Below, piece after piece: positions 13,201 through 25,918 of a DNA stretch of 64,000 bases. How positions within the stretch are numbered: the first letter of the stretch is position 1; every line of letters begins with the position of its first letter. This stretch comes from Chiloscyllium plagiosum (taxonomy: Eukaryota). The position numbers and the translations under genes are program-made. The notes beneath the pieces are model-generated. The model searched no databases. It saw only the letters and a program-made list of their open reading frames with translations, and was not told where the DNA came from. The stretch covers positions 55,334,374 to 55,398,373 of the forward strand of contig NC_057719.1 of assembly GCF_004010195.1 (NCBI RefSeq), in the 5' to 3' direction.

Positions 13201-16200
13201 GTCCACACTGAGGCCGGGAGTCCACACTGAGGCCGGGAGTTCATACTGAGGCCAGGAGTCCACACTGAGGCCGGGAGTTCATACTGAGGCCGGGAGTTCT
13301 TACTGAGGCCAAGAGTCCACACTGAGGTCAGGAGTCTGCACTGAGGCCTTGAGTCCATGCTGAGGCTGGGAATCCGCGCTGAGGCCGGGAGTCTGTGCTA
13401 AAGCCAGGAGTCCGCACTGAGGCTAGGAGTCTGCGCTGAGGCCTGGAATCCGCACTGAGGCCAGAAGTCCATGCTGAGGCCAGGAGTCCGTGCTAAGCCA
13501 GGAGTCCACACTGAGGTCACGAGTCTGTGCTGAGGCCGGGAGTCTGTGCTGAGGCCAGGAGTCCGCGCTGAGGCCCGGAGTCTGCACTGAGGCCTGGAGT
13601 CCGTGCTGAGGCCGGTAGTCCGCGCTGAGTCCTGGTGTCCACGCTGAGGCCGGGAGTCTGCGCTGAGGCCGGGAGTCTGCACTGAGGCCAGGAGTCCACA
13701 CTGAGGCCGGAAGTCCGCACTGAGGCCAGGATTCCGTGCTGAGGCCGTAAGTTAGCGCTGAGGCAAGGAGTCCCTGCTGAGGCCAGGAGTCCATGCAGAG
13801 GCCCAGAGTCCGCACTGAGGCCAGGAGTCCGCACTGAGGCCACAAGTCTGTGTTGAGGCCGGGAGTCTGTGCTGAGGCCAAGAGTCGGCATTGAGGCCAG
13901 GAGTCCACACTGAGGTCAAAAGTCCGCACTGAGGCCCGGAGTTTGCACTGAGTCTGGTTGTCCGCGCTGAGGCCGGGAGTCCGCACTGAAGCCAGGAGTC
14001 CGCGCTGAGTCCGGGAGTCCGCACTGAGGCCAGGAGTCCGTGCTGAGGCCGGGTGTCCGCACTGAGGCCAGGAGTCCGTGCTGAGGCCAGGAGTCTGTGC
14101 TGAGGCCGGGACTTGTGTTGAGGCCGGGAGTCTGAGCTGAGGCCAAGAGTCCGCACTGAGGCCTGGAATTCACACTGAGGCCAGGAGTCCGCACTGTGGC
14201 CAGGAGTCTGCACTGAGGCCAAGGGTCTGCAGTGAGGCCTGGAGTCCACACTGAGGCCTGCAGTCCACATTGAGGCCAGGAGGCCGCACTGATGCCAGCA
14301 GACCACACTGAGGCCTGGAGTCCACACTGAGGCTGTGAGTCCACACTGAGGCCAGGAGTCTGTGCTGAGGCCTGGAGTCCACACTGAGTGCAGGAATCCA
14401 CACTGAGGCCGTGTGTCCGTGCTGAGGCCAGACGTCTGTGCTGAGGTCTGGAGTCCGCACTGTGGCCAGGAGTCCGCACTGAGGCCAGGGGTCCGCAGTG
14501 AGGCCTGGAGTCCACACTGAGGCCAAGAGTCTGTGCTGAGGCCTGGAGTCCACACTGAGTCCAGGAGTCCACACTGAGGCCAGGAGTCTGCACTGAGGCC
14601 AGGAGTCCGCGCTGAGGCTGTGATTCCGCGCTGAGGCCAGGGGTCCGTGCTGAGGCCAGGTGTCCATGCTAAGTCAGGAGTCCACACTGAGGTCACGAGT
14701 CTGTGCTGAGGCCAGTAGTCCGTGCTAAGGCCGGAGTCCGCACTGAGGCCAGGAGTCCGTGCTGAGGCCGGTAGTCCGCGCTGAGTCCTGGAGTCCGCGC
14801 TGAGGCCGGGAGTCTGCGTTGAGGCTCAGAGTCTGCACTGACGCCAGGAGTCCATGCTGAGGCTAGGAGAGTGTGCTGAGGCTGGAAGTCTGCGCTGAGG
14901 CCAGGTGTCCATGCTGAGGCCCAGAGCCCCCACTGAGGCCAGGAGTCCGCACTGAGGCCGGGAGTCTGCGCTGAGACCCGGAGTGCACACTGAGGCCAGA
15001 AGTCCACACTGAGGCCAGGAGTCCGCGCTGAGGCCGGGAATCCATGCTGAGGCCAGGAGTCCACACTGAGGCCAGGAATCTGCGCTGAGGCCAGGAGTCC
15101 ACACTGAGGCCCAGAGTCCACACTGAGGCCAGGAGTCTGCACTGAGGCAAGAAGTCCATACTGAGGCCAGAAATCCACACTGAGGTCGGGAGTCCACAGT
15201 GAGGCCCAGAGATCGCATTGAGGACAGGAGGCCAGGCGTCTGCACTGAGGCCTGAAGTCTGCGCTGAGGCTAGGAGTCCATGCTGAGGCCCAGAGTCCGC
15301 ACTAAGGCCGTGCTGAGGCTGGGAGTCTGCACTGAGGCCAGGAGTCCGCACTGAGGCCTGGAGTCCACACAGAGGCCTGGAGTCCGCACTGAGGCCAGAA
15401 ATCCACACTGAGGACGGGAGTCCACACTGAGGCCTGGAGTCCACACTGAGGCTCGGAGTCCACACTGAGGCCAGGAGTCCACACTGAGGCCAGGAGTCCG
15501 CACTGAGGCCAGGCGTCTGCACTGAGGCCTGAAGTCTGCGCTGAGGCCAGGAGTCCATGCTAAGGCCGGGAGACTGTGCTGAGGCTAGGAGTCTGCGTGG
15601 AGGCCAGATTGCATGCTGAGGCCCAGAGTCCGCACTGAGGCCGTGCTGAGGCTGGGAGTCCGTGCTGACTCCGGGAGTCTGTGCTGAGGCCGGGAGTCCG
15701 CACTGAAGCCAGGTGTCCGCACTGAGGCCAGGAGTCCACACTTAGGCAACGAGTCTGTGCTGAGGCCGGGAGTCTGCACTGAAGCCAGGACTCCGCACTG
15801 AGGCCTGGAGTCTGCGCTGAAGCCAGGAGTCCGCACTGAGGCCAGGAGTCCACACTGAGGCTGGGAGTCCACACTGAGGCCAGGAGTCTGTGCTGAGGCC
15901 TGGAGTCCACACTGAGTCCAGGAGTCCACACTGAGGCCAGGAGTCTGCACTGAGGCCAGGAGTCCGCGCTGAGGCTGTGAATCCGCGCTGAGGCCAGGGG
16001 TCCGTGCTGAGGCCAGGAGTCCATGCTAAGTCAGGAGTCCACACTGAGGTCACGAGTCTGTGCTGAGGCCAGTCCGTGCTGAAGCCGATAGTCCGCACTG
16101 AGTCTTGGAGTCTGCGCTGAGTCCGGGAGTCTGCACTGAGGCCAGGAGTGCACACTGAGGTCGGGAGTCTGGACTGAGGCCAGGAGTCCGTGCTGAGGCT

Positions 16201-16885
16201 GGACGTCCGCGCTGAGTCCTGGAGTCTGCGCTGAGGCCTGGAGTCTGTGCTGAGGCCGGGAGTCTGCGCTGAGGCCGGGACTCTGCGCTGAGGCCAGGGG
16301 TCCACACTGAGGCCAGGAGTCTGTGCTGAGATCAGGAGACTGCACTAAGGCCAGGAGTTCACGCTGAGGCTGGGAGTCCGCACTGAGGCCAGGAGTCCAC
16401 ATTGAGGCCAGGAGTCCATGCTGAGGCCAAGAGAGTGTGCTGAGGCTGGGAGTCTACGCTGAGGCCGGGTGTCCATGCTGAGGCCAGGAGTCCACACTGA
16501 GGGCAAGAGTCTGCACTGAGGCCTGGAAACAGTGCTGAGGCCAGGAGTCCGCACTGAGGCCGGGAGTCTGCGCTGAGACCCGGAGTCCACACTGAGGCCA
16601 GGAGTCCGCGTTGAGGCCAGGGAACCATGCTGAGGCCAGGAGTCCACACAGAGGCCTGGAGTCCGCACTGAGGCCAGGAGTCTGCGCTGAGGCCAGGAGT
16701 CCATGCTGAGGCCGGGAGTATGTGCTGAGGCTGGGAGTCTGCGCTGAGGCCAGGAGTGCATGCTGAGGCCCAGAGTCTGCACTAAGGCCGTGCTGAGGCC
16801 GTGAATCCGTGCTGAGGCCGGGCATCCGCACTGAGGCCGGGAGTCCCTGCTGAGGCCAGGAGTCTGCTGAGGCCGGGAGTCCGTG

Positions 16886-17033
16886 CTGAGGCCGTGTATC
16901 CGCACTGAGGCCGTGTATCCGCACTGAGGCCGTGTATCCGCACTGAGGCCGTGTATCCGCACTGAGGCCGTGTATCCGCACTGAGGCCGTGTATCCGCAC
17001 TGAGGCCGTGTATCCGCACTGAGGCCGTGTATC
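16886..17033. repeat. Homogeneous sub-array (ctgaggccgtgtatccgca)x7 plus a 15-bp partial unit
   Basis: Identical consecutive variant units, read directly. Confidence 0.95.
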
Positions 17034-18455
17034 GAGTCCGTGCTGACTCCGGGATTCCGTGCTGTGGCCGGGAGTCCCTGCTGAAGCCGGGTGTCCACCC
17101 TGAAGCCAGGTGTCTGTGCTGAGGCTGGAAGTCTGTGCTGAGGCCGGGACTCCACACTGAGGATGGGAGTCCACACTGAGGCTGGGAGTCCGTGCAGAGG
17201 CCTGGTGTCCGTGCTGAGGCTGGAAGACCGTGCTGAGGCTGGGAGTCCACACTGAGGTCAGGTGTCCGTGCTGAAGCCAGGAGTCCACTCTGAGGGCGGG
17301 GCACCGTGCTAAGGCTGGGAGTTCGTGCTGAGGCCGGGATTCTGTGCTGAGTCCGGAGTCCGCACTGAGGTCGGATGTCTGTGCTGTGGCCGGGAGGCTG
17401 CACTGAGGCCGGGATCTCCGCGCTGAGGCCGGGAATCCGTCCTGAGACTGGGAGTCTGCACTGAGGACAGGAGTCCGTGCTGAGGCCAGGAATCTATGCT
17501 GAGGCCGGGAGACTGTGCTGAGGCTGGGAGTCTGCGCTGAGGCCAGGAGTCCATGCTGAGGCCCAGAGTCCGCACTGAGGATAGGAGTCCACACTGAGGC
17601 CAGGAGTCTATGCTGAGACCATGAGTTCACAATGAGGCTGGGAGTCTGTGCAGAGGCCAGGAATCCGCACTGAGGCCGGGAGTCTGCACTGAGGCCGGGA
17701 GTCGACACTGAGGCCAGGTGTACACACTGAGGCCAGGAGTCCACACTGAGGCCAGGAGTCCGCGTTAAGGCTAGGGAACCATGCTGAGGCCAGGAGTACA
17801 CACTGAGGCCAGGAGTACACACTGAGGCCAGGAGTCCACACAGAGGCCTAGAGTCCGCACTGAGGCCAGGAGTCTCCACTGAGGCAAGAAGTCCGTACTG
17901 AGGCCAGAAATCCACACTGAGGCCGGGAGTCCACACTGAGGCCTGGAGTCCACACTGAGGCCAGGAGGCCAGTGCAGAGGCCAGGAATCCGCACTGAGGC
18001 CGGGAGTCTGCACTGAGGCCGGGAGTCGACACTGAGGCCAGGGTCCACACTGAGGCCACGAGTTCACAATGAAGCCAGGAGACTGTGCTGAGATCCCGAG
18101 TCCACACTGAGTCCAGGAGTGCACACTGAGGCCAGGAGTCCGCGCTGAGGCTGGGGATCTATGCTGAGGCCAGGGTCCACACTGAGGCCAGGAGACTGCG
18201 CTGAGACAAGGAGGCCGCACTGAGGCCAGGAGTCCGTGCTGAGGCCAGGAGTCCATGCTGAGGCCGGGAGACTGTGCTGAGGCTGGGAGTCTGCGCTGAG
18301 GTCAGGAGTACACACTGAGGCCTGGAGTCCACACTGAGGCCAGGAGTCCGCGCTGAGGCCGGGGATCCGTGCTGAGGCCAGGAGGCTGCGCTGAGGCCAG
18401 GAGTCTGCGCTGAGGCCAGGAGTACACACTGAGGCCAGGAGTCCACACTGAGGCC

Positions 18456-18987
18456 NNNNNNNNNNNNNNNNNNNNNNNNNNNNNNNNNNNNNNNNNNNNN
18501 NNNNNNNNNNNNNNNNNNNNNNNNNNNNNNNNNNNNNNNNNNNNNNNNNNNNNNNNNNNNNNNNNNNNNNNNNNNNNNNNNNNNNNNNNNNNNNNNNNNN
18601 NNNNNNNNNNNNNNNNNNNNNNNNNNNNNNNNNNNNNNNNNNNNNNNNNNNNNNNNNNNNNNNNNNNNNNNNNNNNNNNNNNNNNNNNNNNNNNNNNNNN
18701 NNNNNNNNNNNNNNNNNNNNNNNNNNNNNNNNNNNNNNNNNNNNNNNNNNNNNNNNNNNNNNNNNNNNNNNNNNNNNNNNNNNNNNNNNNNNNNNNNNNN
18801 NNNNNNNNNNNNNNNNNNNNNNNNNNNNNNNNNNNNNNNNNNNNNNNNNNNNNNNNNNNNNNNNNNNNNNNNNNNNNNNNNNNNNNNNNNNNNNNNNNNN
18901 NNNNNNNNNNNNNNNNNNNNNNNNNNNNNNNNNNNNNNNNNNNNNNNNNNNNNNNNNNNNNNNNNNNNNNNNNNNNNNNNNNNNNNN
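18456..18987. other. Assembly gap (N)
   Basis: Run of N. Confidence 1.
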
Positions 18988-21900
18988 GTCCACACTGAGG
19001 CCTGGAGTCCGCACTGAGGCCTGGAGATTGTGCTGAGGCCGGGAGTCTGTGCTGAGGCCAGGAGTCCGCACTGAGGTCACAAGTCTGTGCTGAGGCCGGG
19101 AATCTGTGCTGAGGCCAAGAGTCCGCGCTGAGGCCAGGAGTCCGCGCTGAGGCCGGGGATCCGTGCTGAGGCCAGGAGGCTGCGCTGAGGCCAGGAGTCT
19201 GCGCTGAGGCCTGGAGTCCCTACTGAGGCCAGGAGTCCATGCTGAGGCCAGGAGTCCGTGCTAAGCCAGGAGTCCACACTGAGGTCACGAGTCTGTGCTG
19301 AGGCCGGGAGTCTGTGCTGAGTCCAGGAGTCCGCGCTGAAGCCAGGAGTCCGCGCTGAGGCAAGGAGTCTGCGTTGAGGCCTGGAGTCCGCACTGAGGCC
19401 AGGAGTCCATGCTGAGGCCAGGAGTCCGTGCTGAGGCCGGGAGATTATGCTGAGGCTGGGAGTCTGCGCTGAGGCCAGGAGTCCATGCAGAGGCCCAGAG
19501 TCTGCACTGAGGCCAGGAGTCCGCACTGAGGCCACAAGTCTGTGCTGAGGCCGGGAGTCTGTGCTGAGGCCAAGAGTCCGCACTGAGGCCAGGAGTCCAC
19601 ACTGAGGCCAGGAGTCCGCACTGAGGCCCAGAGTTTGCAGGCCAGGTGTCCGCACTGAGGCCAGGAGTCCGCGCTGAGGCCGGGAGTCCGCACTGAGGCC
19701 AGGTGTCCGCGCTGAGGCCGGGGATCCATGCTGAGGCCAGGGTCCACACTGAGGCCAGGAGACTGCGCTGAGACAAGGAGTCCGCAGTGAGGCCAGGAGT
19801 CCGTGCTGAGGCCAGGAGTCCATGCTGAGGCCGGGAGACTGTGCTGAGGCTGGGAGTCTGCGCTGAGGTCAGGAGTACACACTGAGGCCTGGAGTCCACA
19901 CTGAGGCCAGGAGTCCACACTGAGGCCAGGAGTCCGCGCTGAGGCCGGGGATCCGTGCTGAGGCCAGGAGGCTGCGCTGAGGCCAGGAGTCTGCGCTGAG
20001 GCCAGGAGTACACACTGAGGCCAGGAGTCCACACTGAGACCTGGAGTCCACACTGAAGCCTGGAGTCGCACTGAGCCAGGATTACACACTGAGGCCAGGA
20101 GTCCACACTGAGGCCTGGAGTCCACACTGAGGCCTGGAGTCCGCACTGAAGCCTGGAGTCTGCGCTGAGGCCAGGAGTCCATGCTGAGGACGGGAGACTG
20201 TGCTGAGGCCAGGAGTACACACTGAGGCCAGGAGTCCACACTGCGGCCTGGAGTCCACACTGAGGCCTGGAGTCCCCACTGAGGCCAGGAGTCTACACTG
20301 AGGCCAGGAGTCTACACTGAGGCCTGGAGTCCCTACTGAGGCCAGCAGTCTGCACTGAGGCAAGGAGTCTGCACTGAGGCCAGGAGTCCGTGTGGAGGCC
20401 AGGAGTCTATGCTGAGACCAGGAGTACACACAGAGGCCGAGAGTCCATACTGAGGCCAGGAGTACACACTGAGGACGGGAGTTTGCACTGAGACCAGGAG
20501 TCCGCACTGAGGCTGGGAATCCTCGCTGAGGCCTGGAGTCCACACTGAGGCCTCGAGTCTGCGCTGAGGCCAGGAGTCTGCGCTGAGGCCAGGAGTCTGC
20601 GCTGAGGCCAGGAGTCCACACTGAGGCCCAGAGTCCACTCAGAGGCCTGGAGATCGCATTGAGGCCCGGAGTCCATACTGAGGCCAGGAGTCCACACTGA
20701 GGCCAGGCGTCCAGGCTGAGGCCAGGAGTCTGCGCTGAGGCCTGGATTCCACACTGAGGCCCAGAGTCCGCACTGAGGCCAGGAGTCCGCACTAAGGCCA
20801 GGAGTCCACACTGAGGCCAGGAGTCCGTGCTGAGGCCAGGTGTCTGCGCTGAGGCCGGGAGTTCACACTGAGACCAGGAGTCCACACTGAGGCCAAGAGT
20901 CTGCACTGAGGCCAGGAGTCTCCGCTGAGGCCAGGAGTCTATGCTGAGGCCAGGAGTCCGCACTGAGGCCAGTGGTCCGTGCTGAGGCCAGGTGTCTGCG
21001 CTGAGGTCGGGAGACCACACTGAGGCCGAGAGTCCATACTGAGGCCAGGAGTCCACACTGAGGCTGGGAGTCTGTGCTGAGGCCTGGAGTCCACACTGAG
21101 TCCAGGAGTCCACACTGAGGCCAGGAGTCTGCACTGAGACCAGGAGTCCGCGCTGAGGCTGTGAATCCGCGCTGAGGCCAGGGGTCCGTGCTGAGGCCAG
21201 GAGTCCATGCTAAGTCAGGAGTCCACACTGAGGTCACGAGTCTGTGCTGAGGCCGGGAGTCTGTGCTGAGGCCAGTCCGTGCTGAAGCCGGTAGTCCGCG
21301 CTGAGTCTTGGAGTCTGCGCTGAGTCCGGGAGTCTGCACTGAGGCCAGGAGTGCACACTGAGGTTGGGAGTCTGCACTGAGGCCAGGAGTCCGTGCTGAG
21401 GCTGGACGTCCGCGCTGATTCCTGGAGTCTGCGCTGAGGCCTGGAGTCTGTGCTGAGGCTGGGAGTCTGCGCTGAGGCCGGGAGTCTGCGCTGAGGCCGT
21501 GAGTCTGCGCTGAGGCCAGGGGTCCACACTGAGGCCAGGAGTCTGTGCTGAGATCAAGAGACTGCACTAAGGCCAGGAGTCCACGCTGAGGCTGGGAGTA
21601 CGCACCGAGGCCAGGAGTCCACATTGAGGCCAGGAGTCCATGCTGAGGCCAAGAGAGTGTGCTGAGGCTGGGAGTCTACGCTGAGGCCGGGTGTCCATGC
21701 TGAGGCCCAGAGCCCGCACTGAGGCCAGGAGTCCACACTGATGGCAAGAGTCTGCGCTGAGGCCTGGGAACAGTGCTGAGGCCAGGAGTCCGCACTGAGG
21801 CCGGGAGTCTGCGCTGAGACCCGGAGTCCACACTGAGGCCAGGAGTCCGCGTTGAGGCCAGGGAACCATGCTGAGGCCAGGAGTCCACACTGAGGCCAGG

Positions 21901-24248
21901 AGTACACACTGAGGCCAGGAGTACACACTGAGGCCAAGAGTCTGCACTGAGGCCAGGAGTCCGCGCTGAGGCTGTGAATCCGCGCTGAGTCTTGGAGTCT
22001 GCGCTGAGTCCGGGAGTCTGCACTGAGGCCAGGAGTGCACACTGAGGTCGGGAGTCTGCACTGAGGCCAGGAGTCTGTGCTGAGGCTGGACGTCCGAGCT
22101 GAGTCCTGGAGTCTGCGCTGAGGCCTGGAATCTGTGCTGTCGCCGGGAGTCTGCGCTGAGGCCGGGAGTGCACACTGAGGTCGGGAGTCTGCACTGAGGC
22201 CAGGAGTCCGTGCTGAGGCTGGACGTCCGCGCTGATTCCTGGAGTCTGCACTGAGGCCTGGAGTCTGTGCTGAGGCCGGGAGTCTGCGCTGAGGCCGGGA
22301 GTCTGCGCTGAGGCCATGGGTCCACACTGAGGCCAGGAGTCTGTGCTGAGATCAGGAGACTGCACGAAGGCCAGGAGTCCACGCTGAGGCTGGGAGTCCG
22401 CACCGAGGCCAGGAGTCCACATTGAGGCCAGGAGTCCATGCTGAGGCCAAGAGAGTGTTCTGAGGCTGGGAGTCTATGCTGAGGCCGGGTGTCCATGCTG
22501 AGGCCCAGAGCCCGCACTGAGGCCAGGAGTCCACACTGAGGGCAAGAGTCTGCGCTGAGGCCTGGGAACAGTGCTGAGGCCAGGAGTCCGCACTGAGGCC
22601 GGGAGTCTGCGCTGAGACCCGGAGTCCACACTGAGGCCAGGAGTCCGCGTTGAGGCCAGGGAACCATGCTGAGGCCAGGAGTCCACACTGAGGCCAGGAG
22701 AACACACTGAGGCCAGGAGTCCACACTGAGGCCAGGAGTCCGCGCTGAGGCCTGGGAACAGTGCTGAGGCCAGGAGTCCGCACTGAGGCCGGGAGTCTGC
22801 GCTGAGACCCGGAGTCCACACTGAGGCCAGGAGTCCGCGTTGAGGCCAGGGAACCATGCTGAGGCCAGGAGTCCACACAGAGGCCTGGAGTCCGCACTGA
22901 GGCCAGGAGTCTGCGCTGAGGCAAGAAGTCCGTACTGAGGCCAGAAATCCACACTGAGGCCGGGAGTCCACACTGAGGCCTGGAGTCCACACTGAGGCCC
23001 AGAGATCACATTGAGGCCCAGAGTCCACACTGAGGCCAGGAGGCCAGGCGTCTGCACTGAGGCCTGAAGTCTGCGCTGAGGCCAGGAGTCCATGCTGAGG
23101 CCGGGAGTCTGTGCTGAGGCTGGGAGTCTGCGCTGAGGCCAGGAGTGCATGCTGAGGCCCAGATTCCGCACTAAGGCCGTGCTGAGGCTGGGAGTCCGTG
23201 CTGAGGCTGGGAGTCTGCACTGAGGCCGGGAGTCCCTGCTGAGGCCAGGAGTCTGTGCTGAGGCCGGGAATCCGTGCTGAGGCCGGGCATCCGCACTGAG
23301 GCCGGTGATCCGTGCTGAGGCCAGGAGTTGACACTGAGGCCAGGAGTCTGCGCTGAGGCCAGGAGTCTGCGCTGAGGCCAGGAGTCCACACTGAGGCCTG
23401 GAGTCCACACAGAGGCCTGGAGTCCACACTGAGGCCAGAAATCCACACTAAAGCCAGGAGTCCACACTGCGGCCAGGCGTCTGCACTGAGGCCTGAAGTC
23501 TGCGCTGAGGCCAAGAGTCCATGCTGAGGCCAGGAGACTGTGCTGAGGCTGGCAGTCTGCGCTGAGGCCAGGAGTGCATGCTGAGGCCCAGAGTCTGCAC
23601 TGAGGCCGTGCTGAGGCTGGGAGTCCGTGCTGACTCCGGGAGTCCGTGCTGTGGCCGGGAGTCCCTGCTGAAGCACACTGAAGCCAGGTGTCTGTGCTGA
23701 GGCCGGAAGTCTGTGCTGAGGCCAGGAGTCCACACTGAGGATGGGAGTCCACACTGAGGCTGGGAGTCCGTGCAGAGGCCTGGTGTCCCTGCTGAGGCTG
23801 AAAGACCGTGCTGAGGCTGGGAGTCCACACTGAGGTCGGGTGTCCGTGCTGAGGCCAGGAGTCCACACTGAGGCCGGGGCACCGTGCTAAGGCTGGGAGT
23901 TCGTGCTGAGGCCGGGATTCTGTGCTGAGTCCGTAGTCCGCACTGAGGTCGGATGTCTGTGCTGTGGCCGGGAGTCTGCACTGAGGCCGGGATGTCCGCG
24001 CTGAGGCCGGGAATCCGCGCTGAGACTGGGAGTCTGCACTGAGGACAGGAGTCCGTGCTGAGGCCAGGAGTCTATGCTGAGGCCGGGAGACTGTGCTGAG
24101 ACTGGGAGTCTGCGCTGAGGCCAGGAGTACATGCTGAGGCCCAGAGTCCGCACTGAGGCTAGGCGTCCACACTGAGGCCAGGAGTCTATGCTGAGACCAT
24201 GAGTTCACAATGAGTCCGGGAGTCTGTGCAGAGGCCAGGAATCCGCAC

Positions 24249-24748
24249 NNNNNNNNNNNNNNNNNNNNNNNNNNNNNNNNNNNNNNNNNNNNNNNNNNNN
24301 NNNNNNNNNNNNNNNNNNNNNNNNNNNNNNNNNNNNNNNNNNNNNNNNNNNNNNNNNNNNNNNNNNNNNNNNNNNNNNNNNNNNNNNNNNNNNNNNNNNN
24401 NNNNNNNNNNNNNNNNNNNNNNNNNNNNNNNNNNNNNNNNNNNNNNNNNNNNNNNNNNNNNNNNNNNNNNNNNNNNNNNNNNNNNNNNNNNNNNNNNNNN
24501 NNNNNNNNNNNNNNNNNNNNNNNNNNNNNNNNNNNNNNNNNNNNNNNNNNNNNNNNNNNNNNNNNNNNNNNNNNNNNNNNNNNNNNNNNNNNNNNNNNNN
24601 NNNNNNNNNNNNNNNNNNNNNNNNNNNNNNNNNNNNNNNNNNNNNNNNNNNNNNNNNNNNNNNNNNNNNNNNNNNNNNNNNNNNNNNNNNNNNNNNNNNN
24701 NNNNNNNNNNNNNNNNNNNNNNNNNNNNNNNNNNNNNNNNNNNNNNNN
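24249..24748. other. Assembly gap (500 N, probably a placeholder size)
   Basis: Run of N. Confidence 1.
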
Positions 24749-25120
24749 CTCCATTCCTTGTAGCTGCTCTTCTTGCCTCTGACATGCTGTCCGAGAAAGG
24801 CTGGGAAAATCCTACTCAGAGGGTCTACAAAGTGATCATATTAAAGAGGCCATAGTATCACATCCCAAATGAGTGCAGTTTAGATGATCAAATATGTCAG
24901 CCTATCTCCTGTGGGCCTCAACTGAGCAGAAATGGATCCATGGAACTTTCCCATTTACTTTGCCAGATTCCAACCAAAATGAAGGCAGATGTCTGGAAAA
25001 CACTTTGGAAAATTTCAGTCATAAGGTTACCTTACTTTGCGTGCATGATTTTGCTTTATTTACATCCAAGAGTCTTTCATAACAGTACCATGTAAAAGTG
25101 GTAAACTGGACTGGGCATTG

Positions 25121-25918
25121 TATTAGAAAAGCACAGCAGGTCAGGCCCTGGATGCTGCCTGACCTGCTGTGCTGTTCCAGCAATAAAGTTTCAACTTTGA
25201 TCTCCAGCATCTGCAGACCTCACTTTTTCCCCATTGTATTAGAAAAGCACAGCAGGTCAGGCAGCATTCGAGGAGCAGGAAAATCAACGTTTCAGGCAAA
25301 AGCCCTTCATCAGAAATAGAGGCAGGGAGCCTCTGGGGTGGAGAGATAAATTCGGGGGGGGGAGGGGAGAAATGAGGAAACTGGTAAAGTCCACATTGGT
25401 GCCCTCACCACTCAATGCCTGGAGGGAGAACACCTCATCTTCCGCCTCGGAACACTTCAACCCCAGGGCATCAATGTGAACTTCACCAGTTTCCTCATTT
25501 CCCCTCCCCCCAGCTTACCTCAGTTCCAGACTTCCAGCTCAGCACTGTCCTCATGACCGGTCCTACCTGCCAATCGCCCTTCCCACCTATCCGCTCCACC
25601 CTCCTCTCTGACCCATCACCTCGATCCCCACCCCCATTTACCCACTACTCTTTGCTACCTTCCCCACCCTCCTATCTGACCTATAACCTCCATCCCCACC
25701 CCCCATCACCTATTGTACTCATTGCTACCTTCTCCCCAGCCCCACCCACCCCCATTTATCTCTCCACCCTGGAGGCTCCCTGCCTGTATTCCTGATGAAA
25801 GGGTTTTGCCCGAAACGTCGATTTTCCTGCTCCTCGGATGCTGCCTGACGTGCTGAGCTTTTCCAGCACCACTCTAATCTAAACTCTGGTTTCCAGCATC
25901 TGCAGTCCTCACTTTTGC
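25121..25918. mobile_element. Compound PLE terminal-repeat insertion: inverted terminal fragment plus + strand 3' end
   Basis: Minus core at 25286-25313 and plus core at 25792-25819. PLE C-terminal remnant at 25410-25500. TSD ctgggcattg at 25111-25120 and 25919-25928. A 31-bp internal duplication at 25116-25146 and 25232-25262. Confidence 0.8.

Larger units (their letters stand above)
10268..24248. repeat. ~14 kb tandem array of a 19-bp unit, consensus CTGAGGCCRGGAGTCYRYR
   Basis: Unit read directly, e.g. ctgaggccaggagtccgca. The ORF track shows 19-aa periodicity (3 units = 57 bp). About 700 units. Internal gap 18456-18987; the right end runs into a gap. Confidence 0.98.

Noticed and set aside
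18064..19080. ORFs containing long X runs (also 23171-24855 and 34675-36343)
   Set aside because: Artefacts of translating through N gaps. Only the CR1 part of 35027-36343 is real homology.
10194..24153. Dozens of long minus-strand ORFs (up to 620 aa) as a mucin-like or repeat protein gene
   Set aside because: They arise in all three frames from a 19-bp (non-triplet) stop-free unit. Stops and indels are scattered, and there is no unique N- or C-terminal domain or splice structure.
10268..24248. CRISPR array or immunoglobulin switch region
   Set aside because: There are no unique spacers or cas genes and the context is eukaryotic. The unit lacks AGCT/GAGCT pentamers, and no Ig exons are nearby.
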